Positions 12,403 through 25,187 are shown, counted from the first letter of the whole stretch. The stretch: DNA of 63,712 nt, filler included, from Rhabdomonas costata (GCA_019059605.1; 33 parts of 33 records of this genome joined end to end with filler, not necessarily neighbours in it); one strand, 5' to 3'. Made by a program: numbers and translations. The notes: generated from the sequence alone by a model not told the origin.

Positions 12403-13611
12403 GCTGAGGTTGCGGTGCAGAGAGACTGCGCCCCGCTGCCCTCGTGAGTAGCCTGCGGTTGCCTGCGAGGGCAATGGTTGGGTGCCTTGACTCATGGACT
12501 CGACATAAGTCGTGGCGGGCAAAGGTAAGCGGTGGTAGCAGGTTGTATGGTCAAGCGGTAGCTTGCGCTTTGACCTCTCACGAAGTTTGATCTCTCGAGA
12601 CAGCACTCTTGGGAGGCTGTTTTCAGAAGTTGTATTCATTGCTGGTGCCGATGCACTTCACTGAGGCAGGCTCTGTGCTTTGCGAAGCATCGCTAGTCTG
12701 CAGTTCTTCGGAGGTGTAGGTTACAAAATTGACAAAATGTCACCTGGAGGGTTTTCACCAGGTTTTCACCATCAGTACTTTCCTGTTAACTGCCCCCCAT
12801 TTTTCTGTTAACTGCCCCCCAGCAGATTAGACCAGGATGTCTTGGGCTGCTTAGCGGTCCAGGAATTTAGGAAGTCAATAGAAAGAATTGGACGATAAAG
12901 AAAACTCACAAGAGTCAACCTGTACGGAGTACACAGCCATGCTCAAAAGGCGGTCTCTGGAAGGAAGGTCCAAGGCTCCAAGCAGTGCTGAAGACCCTGC
13001 AAAGATAAGTTCGACAGCCTAATCTGAAAAATAAATCTGAATCGCTCAAAGTGAAATATGCGCATCCAGAATCCAGATGCACTACCAATATGCAATGCCT
13101 CACAAGGCCAACACGTTACATGCATAGCTGCAAAACACACGCATGTTTGAGCACCCACATCGAATAAGACATCAAGCAACACACTGTGCACCCTGAAACC
13201 GAGGAAGGGGTGAAGGGGAAAAGGGTGGTACCTTTGTTACCCAGGTTGGCTTTACTGCATGCACCGTGTTCCATCAAAATAACGTCATGGCTGACGCATT
13301 GCCGTCGAGGCGAGGTAAAATGACTTGCGAAGTATGCGGTGGCATAGAAAGACAGCTCCTTTCAGAGGAGGCGGCACGCTCTATTTCGGTGGACCTCACC
13401 TGAGATTTTGTCAGCCCCTATTTTCACTTCTACAGCTCTCTGTACACCNNNNNNNNNNNNNNNNNNNNNNNNNNNNNNNNNNNNNNNNNNNNTTAATTAA
13501 TTAANNNNNNNNNNNNNNNNNNNNNNNNNNNNNNNNNNNNNNNNNNNNGTGGTGGGTGTGGTTGGTTGTGTTGTTCCGAGCAAAATAAGGTGGGGTGCTG
13601 GGGGCTCGCAG

Positions 13612-14497
13612 ACGATCCGCAGCGGACGGTGATTGAGCCGCTGTTCGAGCGTCCTCAGCGGCGGACGGTGTACGACTTTGGGCTGATGTCCGGTGGGGGC
13701 CACATCCGGGGCTACGCCGTGGACGAGCCTGCGGAGATCTACCGTGTGATCTCTGCCCTTGCGGCGCTGGCGGAGCCCGAGAGCTTCGCAAAGAAGTACG
13801 CCACCGACCCCGCCAAGCACGCCGTGCTGCTCTTCGCAATGGGTGTGTGCTTCGGCGATGGATGCTCGCCAATAAGAGGCTGCCATAGTTTTGCGTCTCA
13901 GCTCAAGCTCAGCCAGCGCACCAAGGACCCTAATGATTTGCAAGAGTGCGCAAACGATCAATCAGTGTGGGTGGCATCTGTTGCGGCCGAAGTGCTTTGT
14001 GCCTCAACTGATGCAGTACATTGTCGAGTCACCTCAATAGTGAGAATTTTTACTCGCTGTACATTTAAAGTAGAAATTCGGACCTATAGAGCATAACAGT
14101 GCTTTCAAATTGGTTATAAACAACGTTTTCGGCCCTTTTTCGCTGCCTACAACTCACAAAAAGAGTCTTTATCGTTTTACGCTTTGTCTGAGTTCTCACA
14201 TATGACCTGACGCGGAGCGTATATCTTGTGTACATCTTGGCAACTCTTCTTGGGGTCGGGTCTTCGTTTCTCCTGCAAGAGATGCCTCTTTCCGTGCTTT
14301 GCGATGTGCTGCATATTTGCTTGATTGTGGCGGTTGTGTCATTTGCGGATCAGGGGATGGCAACCACAGCTTTGCCACGGCGAAGCTGCACTGGGAGCGG
14401 CTTAAGGCTGCTGCGGGCGAAGAGGGCCGGGCCGCGCTGATGCGCAGCCCCGCGAGGCACGCCCTGGTGGAGCTGATCAACATCCATGACAAGGGCA
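13612..14497 (+). CDS. DUF1015 family protein, partial, 2 exons
   Basis: Exons 13612-13842 and 14354-14497 with a GT-AG phase-1 intron. Peptide: DDPQRTVIEPLFERPQRRTVYDFGLMSGGGHIRGYAV...LLFAMG/DGNHSFATAKLHWE...SPARHALVELINIHDKG. This matches DUF1015 motifs DDP..TVIEP, YDF.LM..GGH..G, LFAxGDGNHSxATAK and PARxALVExxNxHD. Confidence 0.9.
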
Positions 14498-15638
14498 GTG
14501 AGAATAGGAGTGGTGTTTTCGGGAAGCAGGGAAGCATTCAGAAAGAACGCATTGCTGGGAACTTGTTGCTTGCCGCCAATGGTATCTTGAGCGTACGACT
14601 GCAGAATGAAGCCCTTAGGAGTGTGTGCGGCAGGAGGAGGCGAAGGGTCAATGCAGAGGGAAATGGGAAGGCTGTCGCAAGTTGGCGTTGCGAAACCATC
14701 GGCCTGCCCTTTATGACACGCATCATCATTTCATACGTGTCGGATGGCATCATAGAAATGTACAGAAGGTTTATGTTTCCGTCCTAAAATCCATTTCTGC
14801 AGGAAATGCATAAGCACCACTTGCTTTAACTTGCTAGTTTTCCTTTCAGCGTAGCAGTGCGTCGTTCGTTGTGGCTGCAAGGGGTCACCGTGCCACGGAC
14901 ATATTCACTACGCACACCTTTTTTGAAGGGGGCTTCTTTTTTTCAAGCTCGCTTGTGTCGTCGCACCCTTGGCCCTTAAACACTGTGAGCTTGTATGAAC
15001 CGTGGTGAACATAAACAGAATCAAGCAAGGGGGAACCCGCCCGTGGCGGTCTCTATGACCGCTTGCAAAACTGCAAGAACGCAGGGCACTCCGGAACGCG
15101 ACGAAGGTAGAAGGGAACCCGTCAAGGGGGTATCTTTCTCCTCTTGCTTGACTCCCATGTCACCCCGCAAGAAAGGAGAGACGGTGCCAGTGACAAACCG
15201 AGAAGCCCAGAGTTTGATTTAACCATTCGGTCAACTCCTAGCCCCAACCGGCTGGTGCGTAATGAGAGGGGGGGTCCTGATGAGCTACCCTTTATTCGGC
15301 TCTAAATAGTTTGCACGCTGGAGTGCGGCTGCCCGCCTCATTGACATCAGTCAGCTGGGGAGGGGGCCTCCCCCCACCACCCCNNNNNNNNNNNNNNNNN
15401 NNNNNNNNNNNNNNNNNNNNNNNNNNNTTAATTAATTAANNNNNNNNNNNNNNNNNNNNNNNNNNNNNNNNNNNNNNNNNNNNTGTGGGTGGGCAAACTC
15501 GCCCCCACCACGCAGACCCCTGAGTGACGATAACTACTCGATTTTCATTTAAAGTGCTTAGCAGTGGCTATGCACGCCGACATACAGGTGCTAGACCAAA
15601 AGAGAAAGAAATGTAGGCAGCGGTGACGAAGCTTGAGC

Positions 15639-15818
15639 AATTCCAGGGAGAGGACCCTCTAATACCCATAAAACTTTCCTCTGGAATCCCATGTTCATGT
15701 TGAGTACGCCAAGCGACCGGCATGCATGGAATTCCAGGGAGAGGACCCTCTAATACCCATAAAACTTTCCTCTGGAATCCCATGTTCATGTTGAGTACGC
15801 CAAGCGACCGGCATGCAT
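15639..15818. repeat. Perfect tandem duplication of an 89-bp unit
   Basis: 15639-15727 equals 15730-15818 (aattccagggagaggaccc...accggcatgcat), separated by GG. Confidence 0.9.
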
Positions 15819-17429
15819 TTGTGACCAATGGGGAGGGGGACTGGGGTCGTTTTTGTTGAGAAACCTGCTGCAGGGGTTGGATTACATAAACAACAAAAAG
15901 GAGGATCATAAATATGACAGGACGGGTAAAAAAGGAAAAGCTGTTACCGGTGCAAACGCATTCCCTTCTCCCGCCAGGAACAAAAAGCTCCGAGGAAAAT
16001 GTAACTAAAGTGGGGTGTGGTCGCAAACGGACAAAACAGCGCAACCAAGGGGCCTCCTCCGACAGCGCGGGAGAGAAAACCTACAAAAACTGATTGAGCC
16101 CACCTGCGTTGATGCCGAAAGTGATTACCGTGTCCTTTCACAGCAAAAAAAAACCTAGCAAACCATAAAGTCGTGCTTACCATAACAAACTAACTCACAT
16201 TCACAATGTGAGATACCCACCCAATCAAAAACATCCACTTCATCGAATGCGATTATTCCTACACAATGCTAAATTGTAACTCCCAAGCATATCCAAAAAC
16301 AAGGCGGGAGAGTGAAAGAGGAAGACCAAAACCACAAAAGAAAGCTACTAAATTATGCTCCAAAAGAGCAAACGTGCTGGGCGAGTGTGAATGATGGAGA
16401 TGTGAGGAAGGCAGAGAAAAGTTGGGTGGCAACACAGCCCAGAGCAAGGCGCACCAGGATTCACGATGGAAAGGAGAGTACAGAGAGTGGAGGCAGCTGC
16501 CAAGCGAAAACCGATGTTCACCGCATGCTAAACACAACATATTGCTCGAGCATTCTCTTGCAGCTTCACTTAATGCAACGATATGGAATAGCTTTGACAT
16601 AAAGTCGATAGCGTTAGCAGATGCCACAGCTATGGGATCCCATCAACCGCCCTCTAGAACGGAGCAAAATTCGTGAATGGTCACACCTTTCTTTGATGCG
16701 GGGCAACCCTTTAGTTATCTTGATGAAGACGATTGCTTGATTGAGCCAAAAGAACAACCACCACAGAAAAACAAGAGGGCATTCAAATAGGTTCTGAGAA
16801 AATAGCTTCCAGTTGCTGCAGTGGAAGCAGCAACCGCCGGAACCTGATGACATGCTACTGCGACTGCTTTGGACACAATGATTGGATGTAAGTTTTCCCC
16901 AGCCCATATCCCTGGGTAAGAAATATAATGACGGATACGATGAGCGCTGCCGACGATATACGCGATGCAGCAGGCCTGCCAGGCTCAGAAGAGATTCATT
17001 TTGTTCACAGCATTTGAGGGGATGCACGTGAGGTAGAATATCAGCGCAGAAAACACAGTGGTTGGCATCCAATGAGAGGAGAGTTCCTCTTCCGGAGAAT
17101 CCCGATTCTTCTGGTGTTTTCACTGCCCACATTTTCGAAAATGGCCGGAGAGGGTAGTAGTACCATCACCACCACTGCCACCAACGCCACCACAACATAG
17201 GCACGGCGACGCACACAACACTAGGGTAAGACACACCTACGTTGGTGTTGAGATGCCAACAAGCTCTATACTATGATGCCACACCCTACCGCACAATACA
17301 CTGCAAGCACGCAACNNNNNNNNNNNNNNNNNNNNNNNNNNNNNNNNNNNNNNNNNNNNTTAATTAATTAANNNNNNNNNNNNNNNNNNNNNNNNNNNNN
17401 NNNNNNNNNNNNNNNTTGTTTGGTGGCAG

Positions 17430-18425
17430 GGGTGGTGGCCCGGGGTGGCCGTCCACCTGCTAGCCTGGCAGTGGTTTTTCGCCACGGGGCACCAGTGCGT
17501 GTTCAGCCTGGTGGACTTCCGCGCGGGGTTTGTGGGGGTACCCCGGTACCACTTCCTGTCCAGCGGAACGCTTGTGCTGACACACACCTTGGGTGCGTTC
17601 GCTCTGGGCTCCGTGGTTGCCCCTGTGCTGGCCTGGCTCGGCCTGAGGTCTGTGTATGTGTGTGTGGGGATCCCCCGACCGACTCCCACCGTGCAGCCAG
17701 AATCTGTCTTTGGCCACAACGTTGTGAGTGCGGCGTGTACTGATTCTCCATATTCCTGATTTATGCTTTTTTGTCGTACAGCAGTGTCCATGTAAACTTG
17801 TGCGCGGTCCTGTGGAACCACTCGTCACTTCGGACTTTTCGTGGGACTACAGCCATCAATTTCGGCTTTTTTTGTAGTTCTGTTTGCAAAATGAACTCCC
17901 TGACTCCAGATCGGAGGTCCTGCCATTGCAGTTGAGCTGGAACGATTGGGTCCAACACTTGGTGACTTAGTGGCGTGATAGTACCAATGGAATGAGATTA
18001 AAGTTATCGACTCGACCTCTGACTGCGTCTCGGCACTGGCCTTTTTGAGACCTTTTATCCTTGCCCGGGTTTTTCCACGGCCCGGGCTTATGCTTGCTAC
18101 GCTGATAGGTTTGACGGTTTTGACATCTTCGACATTCTTTCTCAACAGCTCAGCCGAGGCGAAGGCGCTTTCCTCGAGTCAGGCTTCGCGAGTAGGGTTG
18201 GCTGCCGTCTTTGCGTATTGGGGCATGAGTGCGTGCTGCTCCGCAAGCTCTGCTCTTGCAGCGCTTGTGCTGCGCCGCCACCTTATGCTTTGGGCGGTGT
18301 TCGCGCCGCGCTACTGCTTCGACGCCGCGCAGGCCATCCTCACCACCTTGCTGTGCGCCGCGCTTGCTGTGCTGCTGCTTCTTTGTTTGAATAGTCCTTG
18401 GGGACGGCCTCACCTCGCTGCCTGA
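17430..18425 (+). CDS. PIGO: GPI ethanolamine phosphate transferase 3 (PIG-O/GPI13), last two exons
   Basis: Exons 17430-17647 and 18149-18425 with a GT-AG phase-2 intron. Motifs WFFATGHQCVFSLVDFRAGFVG and LRRHLMLWAVFAPRYCFD are typical of the PIG-O C-terminal membrane region. Confidence 0.85.
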
Positions 18426-19137
18426 CCAGGCTGACTGGACAGATTATGGGTGCAGCTTGATCTCCTCTCTGTTGAGATTGCTTCTCGGCCGTGCACAGCT
18501 TCGAGGGAGCATGCGTTCAGCTTGCGACTTCCAAGGAGTGTGGGTCCACACGGTGGATAAAAAGCGGTCGCCGGATGATGGATTACCGACCCGTCCGGAT
18601 GGGACTGGTCGAGGCGATGTGGAACGGTGAGCTCTAGGAGTCAAGAGGACTTCCTGCTTTGACCTGATTTCAGAGCAGACTGCCAGTGTTGAGTGTTGGG
18701 TTGCTTAGTATCGGGGGGTTTTATTGGGTCACCAAAAAAATTGTCATTTGTGGGTTTCTCTTCATTTTTTTTTTGAATATTTGTCTCGTTGTGGCGGTGC
18801 TCCACGTCACGTCACGTCGTCTGTTTCTTTGCAATTCATGCTCCCTCCCTTCAAAACGGGCACCATGGCCTTTTCCTCTACTGCTGAAAGGGGGAAAGAC
18901 ACAGTTATATAAGCTCTTTTTTCATGCGCTTCCGGCTCATTGCCGCCACTATTCCGCCTGGACAATATTCTTGTTTACCGTGTGTTCTCCTTCAGAATCT
19001 CCTTTGGTTTCTAAGGTGGCTTTGTGCATGAGAATGACCTTTGCACTTTCATAACTTTTTTCTGAAGTAGCGGTGCTGGGCATTCCCTTCCACTTTTCGT
19101 GAATGGCTCTTGTGCTCAGTGTTTCGCCAAGGGCGAA

Positions 19138-19244
19138 GGGCAAGCCTAAGCAAGCAGGACCTGTTGTGCGCATCACCCCACATGTGAGGTATGTATCGTT
19201 GTGGGGTGATGCGCACAACAGGTCCTGCTTGCTTAGGCTTGCCC
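19138..19244. repeat. 45-bp inverted repeat at a contig end (fold-back amplification chimera)
   Basis: 19138-19182 is the reverse complement of 19200-19244, followed only by the AACAC primer-like tail. Confidence 0.8.
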
Positions 19245-19377
19245 AACACNNNNNNNNNNNNNNNNNNNNNNNNNNNNNNNNNNNNNNNNNNNNTTAATTA
19301 ATTAANNNNNNNNNNNNNNNNNNNNNNNNNNNNNNNNNNNNNNNNNNNNGGGTGGGGGGATTGGAGGTGTCGCTGAC

Positions 19378-20498
19378 CGGAGACGTGGGCGTCCGCAGTG
19401 GCGGCCTGGTGGCTGAGCAGCAGGCGGATCTCCTCAAGCTGCCCCCGGTCCACACAGGCCGCCAGCGGGGTCAGTCCCGCCGCATTGGTCGCGCCCAGAT
19501 TGGCTCGCCGTACGACCAGTTCCTGTGCCATAAACACAGCTCATATCTAATACACACATTCCATAGCAATTCCGCATGGTGGGAAGGCATGGGCATTTTT
19601 ATGGTCATGTTCACTATAAGGCAACGAGAAAACGACAGGTGCACCGTATCACACCTAACTCGCGTCCGCATCGGTAGCGGCGCACCCGCGCCCATATCGC
19701 CCCAGACATTTTCACGTACTTTGTCAAGGGATTGTCAAAAGGAAAAGACTATTCCACTGAATAAAAAAGGACTTGGAAGGTGTACGCTTGAGTATTTTTG
19801 GTCGGGATGTAATCCAATTTAGTAGAATGCCAGCTGTGTTGTGGGAATCATTTAGTTTAATTGTCAGGCATAATGGCGTGGCATCGGGATGACATAGGCA
19901 TATTGACAGAATTGAGTATGTCATGGTTGTCTTGCCAACTCTCCTCGATTGCCACTTCGCTTCACAAGTAACACCACGAAACTGAGAATTTAGCATGCGA
20001 CATTTCGAACAGACATTTTGAATCTTTATGGCCGATATTTTATGCGGCATCCTGCGATGTGCCGTGGTGAAAACTCTCAGTTAACGGTGTAAAGGGGTAA
20101 AGTTCATAAACAAAAATGACCACAGCTTTGCGGTCCTCCGCGCCTGCATAAACGCGTCACGCACACGTCCAGAGGGCGGAGAGGGGTGCGCGCGGGCAAA
20201 CCTCGATGATGTTGTGGCGCTGGTGCTCCGCGGCAAGGTGAACCAGGGTGTTACCGTGGCTGTCCCGCTGGTGCACACTATCCCCGAGCTCCAGCAAAGC
20301 TTCCAGCAGCCCCAGGTCCCCAGAGATGCATGCCTGATAAAAGAGGCACACGTGTGTGTCCCATGCACAAGTAAGGAGGAGTGAACACACATACTCATAC
20401 ATTTCGAGCGGTTCTGACACCAACGCTGTGAGGACGATCCGGGGTTCGGTTTCGCGGACTGGCAGTGCGTCTCCCAAGTCCGCTCCCTTCGAGCGCAT
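19378..20498 (-). CDS. Ankyrin-repeat protein, partial, 3 exons
   Basis: Exons ~20498-20391, 20333-20202 and 19522-19378 (GT-AG). Peptide: MYEY/ACISGDLGLLEALLELGDSVHQRDSHGNTLVHLAAEHQRHNIIE/ELVVRRANLGATNAAGLTPLAACVDRGQLEEIRLLLSH. The 5' end is uncertain. Confidence 0.88.
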
Positions 20499-20916
20499 TT
20501 CTGGATCTTTCTCTCTTTGGGTGAGGACAGGTGTCGAAACGAGTCGTGGAGCGGGTGGTCCGGTCCCGCCAGAGTCGGATTCTTGATGCTTTTTCAGTTA
20601 CCGGGGGAACCGTCCTGCAGCTCTCTCACCCGTTTTCCCGCTTCCCCATCCCCCCTTAACTACACACACATGCACGCGCTGAGCTGGCTCTGAAGGATAA
20701 GTATTGGTACAGATAGTATCGGGCACCGAAATCGGCTCGAATCCAAATCACCGTCTACCACGCTGGCCTCGAATACGCGATCGGATGAAGGCAGCCCCCC
20801 CCTCCCAATCAGGTCTTCCCCTGTGGAAGGAAGCAACAGGTTGGAACCTGAGTTGAGTCATAAGATGCAACCGATGATGGTCTGTCCCTTACCACAAACA
20901 CGGAGGAACACACAGG

Positions 20917-20948
<32 letters not shown>

Positions 20949-22319
20949 TATCCATACAGAACAAAGGGGACAATTCGTGTGGCAAAAACTGCGAGGGAAG
21001 GAGTGAAAGAGGATTTCCATTGGCACGACGACGATGCCTATGTGGCGTGCGGAAACACAGAGGGGAGAGATGCCTGCTGAGTCAGGGTGTAGGGGCCGGC
21101 ACCGCGGTATCGAAAGTCGTGGAACGCACCGTTCTTCAGCAGGAGGTGAGACCCAAACACCCAACCACACCCAACACNNNNNNNNNNNNNNNNNNNNNNN
21201 NNNNNNNNNNNNNNNNNNNNNTTAATTAATTAANNNNNNNNNNNNNNNNNNNNNNNNNNNNNNNNNNNNNNNNNNNNAAAACGTAAAATGAGACATTTTT
21301 GTGTGTTTTTCTTACCTAAGAATGTTGATAAAAGAATTTAAAAGAACTCCAAAGGAGACAAAGAGCAGTCCAGTGAGAGAAGAATACAAAGAAATCAGGA
21401 AAAATACAAACAGACGAAAAAGAAGTGACAGCGTGTTGCCCTATATTCACTTATACCAACCAAGTAAGGTTTTTGTTTGGCTTGGCTTGGTGGTGGTGTG
21501 TGGCGGTATTGTGGCTTTTGGTTTACCCAAAGTCGCCACTTTCAGTCTGAATGTGTTAGTTCCAAAAAGCTGATAGAGTCGCCGGTAGATATCTAAAGCG
21601 CCAGTTGCGTGGACAAGCGCAGTTTTAAGGGAAAGGTGATTTAATTTCCTGTAAAAGCAAGGGCGATTAAGTCCACTTCGAATAGAGGCAAGGCCGGGGA
21701 AAGCAACGCGGGCAAGGCATGTATGTGGCGAATTGGACGTGTTAACGGCGCAGTGCCGTTTCAAAAGCCCGCAACTACTTCTAACCGGATGGAGCAGCAG
21801 AGGAAAAACCCGTATTCTCCCTCATCCACTGCCCGAATCCAATTGTGGCCGAGCCAAAAAAAAAAGCCAGTTCAGGTCGACCACCCCCCTGGTTCGTTTC
21901 CAGCTGTGGCGGCTACGTTTTCAGTCTAAGGTAAGTAATCCCCGACTGTGCGTTCTTAATGCGGAAACGTCTGCCCTGATTTGCCTTCGGATGCGCGCCC
22001 TGGGTGTGCAAGGGGAATGTCACGGGTTGATGTTTGATTCCTGGTCTCTCGTTCAGCGCTGTTTTTGTGTGGTTTCAAGCATAGGTTGGCATTTCCTGCG
22101 GAAACCCTCGGAGAGAACAGGCCGCTTTTGCTCGTGTTGGATTTCGAAGTTAAAATCGAAAGATCTGCAGTTTATCCTGCATCACCGTGTCTTCTCAACT
22201 GTTAGTCTTTCTATATTCCTTTCCCATCTTTTTTGGCCAATCAATTCTTCTCTCTCTGGTCTTCTCTGTTTCCCTCCTCTTCTCTCTCCTAACCCTTACT
22301 ATCACCTGGTATTCTCTGC

Positions 22320-23060
22320 GTGTCTCAAGAGACCTCATCTACTACTAACACCCTTCGCGATGAGCTCGCCATTTGGCCCTGTGAAACCGCCCCGAAAGCC
22401 CAACGGACTGAATGGGATCCCCCGGCAGCATCCACCCAGGACATTATGGCGGCTATCCATGCGCTCGGGTCGCAGTCTCTTCCCTCTCCGTGCTGGTGGA
22501 GACCCCCGAGCGCAACTATGCAGTCCACGAAAACCAAAGGACACTGCCCCCTTACTTCTTGAACGTCACCCCCGACGCCATGACACAGCTGGCTGCTGAC
22601 CCATGGATGCCGCCGCCTTTTGCCCACTTTCTCACGACGTTGGCAGCATTGCTACCCAACGTGTTGGATGAGCATCACCTGCACCTCATCCAGCAGTGTT
22701 GCACGCATGCCATGCAGCTGAGGCAGACCGCACTTCCCCCACTTCCAACGATCTTTCTCTCGCCTATTCTACAGAACCCACTCCCCAACCCATATCCATA
22801 CCATTCAAACTTTCAGATACCCACCCCCGGGCCTCATTCTACCATCCCAACGGCCCGGAGCTCACCTATCTTCCCCCTGGGTCGGCCCCACCCCTTGTGC
22901 CCTGCTCCATGTGCGGGGCATGTGCAACGTGTGCATGTGCAACGTCCGGTTCGTGAAGTTCTTCGGGAAGGTGTATTACTTGGCGACGTCAGCCTGCCGC
23001 CCCGGCACCCGTGCAAGGTTTGCCAAGCCCTGCACTGGGCATGGCAATGCCCACTGATCT
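22320..23060 (+). mobile_element. Possible frameshifted Gag-like ORF with a CCHC zinc knuckle (retroelement relic)
   Basis: Intron-less coding-like stretch spread over several frames, ending in PPRHPCKVCQALHWAWQCP (C-x2-C-x3-H-x4-C at 23012-23050). Confidence 0.4.
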
Positions 23061-23111
23061 CTCCTCCCCAACACATATTCATACCATTCAAACTTTCAGA
23101 TACCCAACCCC
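22781..23111. repeat. Near-identical direct repeats of about 47 bp, 283 bp apart
   Basis: ctccccaacccatatccataccattcaaactttcagatacccacccc (22781-22827) versus ctccccaacacatattcataccattcaaactttcagatacccaacccc (23064-23111). Confidence 0.85.
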
Positions 23112-24117
23112 CNNNNNNNNNNNNNNNNNNNNNNNNNNNNNNNNNNNNNNNNNNNNTTAATTAATTAANNNNNNNNNNNNNNNNNNNNNNNNNNNNNNNN
23201 NNNNNNNNNNNNGGTTTTTTCGATCGGATAGCCCCCCCCCCTGGGGCTTGAAGGCCCTACGGAGGCTTGAAACGCCGACTACTTCGCGCAAAAAAAAAAA
23301 GCTCAGAAAAAGTCTACACACACAGACACACACACACGGACATTTTCCCGTTTTTCTCGTATCTAAACCCTACACTACACTACGTTTCGTTACGGGAAAA
23401 AAACCCTGCAACAAAGAGTTGGCCAAGCATCCAAATTCAAACAACACACCAGGTGACTCCGCGGACAAAGGCGTAGACGCAGCAGTCGAAGCCCGCGGCA
23501 AGGATGACAGAGGGATTGGGAAAGGCGACCGCCCTGCTCCCAAAACCAAGGACCCCTCCCAACGACTGCTTTATTCCCCCTCAGCTTTATCTCAGACTTG
23601 GAGCCTTTCACAAAAGCCGTTGCTTTGAAGAGGTAGACGAAGAAATGGACACGCGGGCTTCTCCCGCACCACAAAAAGTGAATGCGAGCCGATGAGCGTC
23701 ATGGATTTTCCACTGCACTGGGCGAAACGTCCTTTCAGCTTTTGGACAACCAAATTTCCTCGGTTAAAGCAAACTTTGAAAAAAACCAAAAAAAAATGAA
23801 TCAAACAGTCTCAGTCTCCCCAAATCCATGAAACAACATTTTTTAAACACCTGCCCTACTTTTCCCAAAAAAAAATTATTGGGAACTGATCATTGACACA
23901 GATCCCCGACCCCAACAACCAGCGCACCGGAATGGAAGAAGCTTTGTGGGGATGCGAATGGAGGGAGAGCATGAAAAGTCCGCTGACACCGAGAGGATGG
24001 TCAGGCTGGAATCCTGGGCTGAGAAAATAACGGAAGCCATGAGAAAAATACCCGGCTCTGAAACTATCCCTTCACCATACCTCGCAGTCCTTCAATGTGC
24101 AAGTCGGGCTTTTGTGA

Positions 24118-24159
24118 TAGCGTTCGCAATCGTCTTTCAAAAGACGATAGCGAACGCTA
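24118..24159. repeat. 42-bp near-perfect palindrome/hairpin
   Basis: TAGCGTTCGC-A-ATCGTCTT-TCAA-AAGACGAT-A-GCGAACGCTA, with one A:A mismatch. Confidence 0.85.
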
Positions 24160-25187
24160 CTAACATTTTTTTTGCGTTGCAAACTTCCTTTTGTGACCGG
24201 TATATCACAATTAAAAAGAGATAGCGAAGGTTATGGTCTTTCCGGTCAAAAAACACCTGAATCAGAAACGATAAAAACCCAGGACAATTATTTCCTAACT
24301 CCAGACGTAATGATTGAGGTCTGTCATTATTTCACCAGATTTCCGTGATGATACTTTTGATTATTCGCTTCCTCAGGCAACGTTCCCTGGGGATAGATTT
24401 CTACTAGTTCGTAGCGATACACCTCAAATCGAAGTATGTATACTAGTGTCTAGGTGGGCCGGGGTCCCGAGATATAGTTTCAACTCTCGTCGTATAACAC
24501 CGTATATCGGCGTTATACCATTTAACGCCCCCCCCCCAAAAAAAAATAGACCGGACCCAATGCGTGAACCAGGGAGGCAAACCAAGTTGCTGAGCAGAAG
24601 AAAATATCAATACCCGGTGATTTCTCCTACTTCGGGACAAGAAAGATGAGTCAATCATGCCAAGGTGGTGTTGTGACTTGAGAATAAGCGAAGCTGGTAT
24701 TCAAACTTTTCACCAGCCCCGGCATGGAGCAGAGCAAGAAGGATATGACGACGTTTCCAGTTTAGTCCTGTACGACTAAGCATCCGGCTGGTACGCCATT
24801 TGGGATGCTGGCAAAAAGAATCAGGTCCGCAATATCTACGGATAAAATCACGGTGCTATTTTCGGTGCTGGAGGGGACGCCAATTTAAACAGTCAAAGTT
24901 GAAGGACATGCAGATTTTTACGAAGGCAGATGTTGGGGATTCAGAACCGCACTGACAATTTTCTGCCCAAGAAATCCAAGATTGTTTGCCAACCACCCTG
25001 ACCATGACAGCTGCTTTTTTATAGTGGAGGACGCTCAACACACAANNNNNNNNNNNNNNNNNNNNNNNNNNNNNNNNNNNNNNNNNNNNTTAATTAATTA
25101 ANNNNNNNNNNNNNNNNNNNNNNNNNNNNNNNNNNNNNNNNNNNNTTGTTGTGGGGTAAGGTGTGATGGGTGTGTGGGTCGCTGCAG

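Noticed and set aside
15277..15306. CTGATGAG hammerhead ribozyme-like core
   Set aside because: No GAAA after a stem II, and no stems I/III could be formed.
16510..16660. Minus-strand peptide WDPIAVASANAIDFMSKLF resembling a protein kinase C-terminal subdomain
   Set aside because: There is an in-frame stop just upstream and no other convincing kinase motifs. Too weak to call.
21733..22599. Longest ORF in the track (288 aa)
   Set aside because: It runs through pyrimidine-rich non-coding-like sequence with no recognisable domain, so it is likely a chance ORF.
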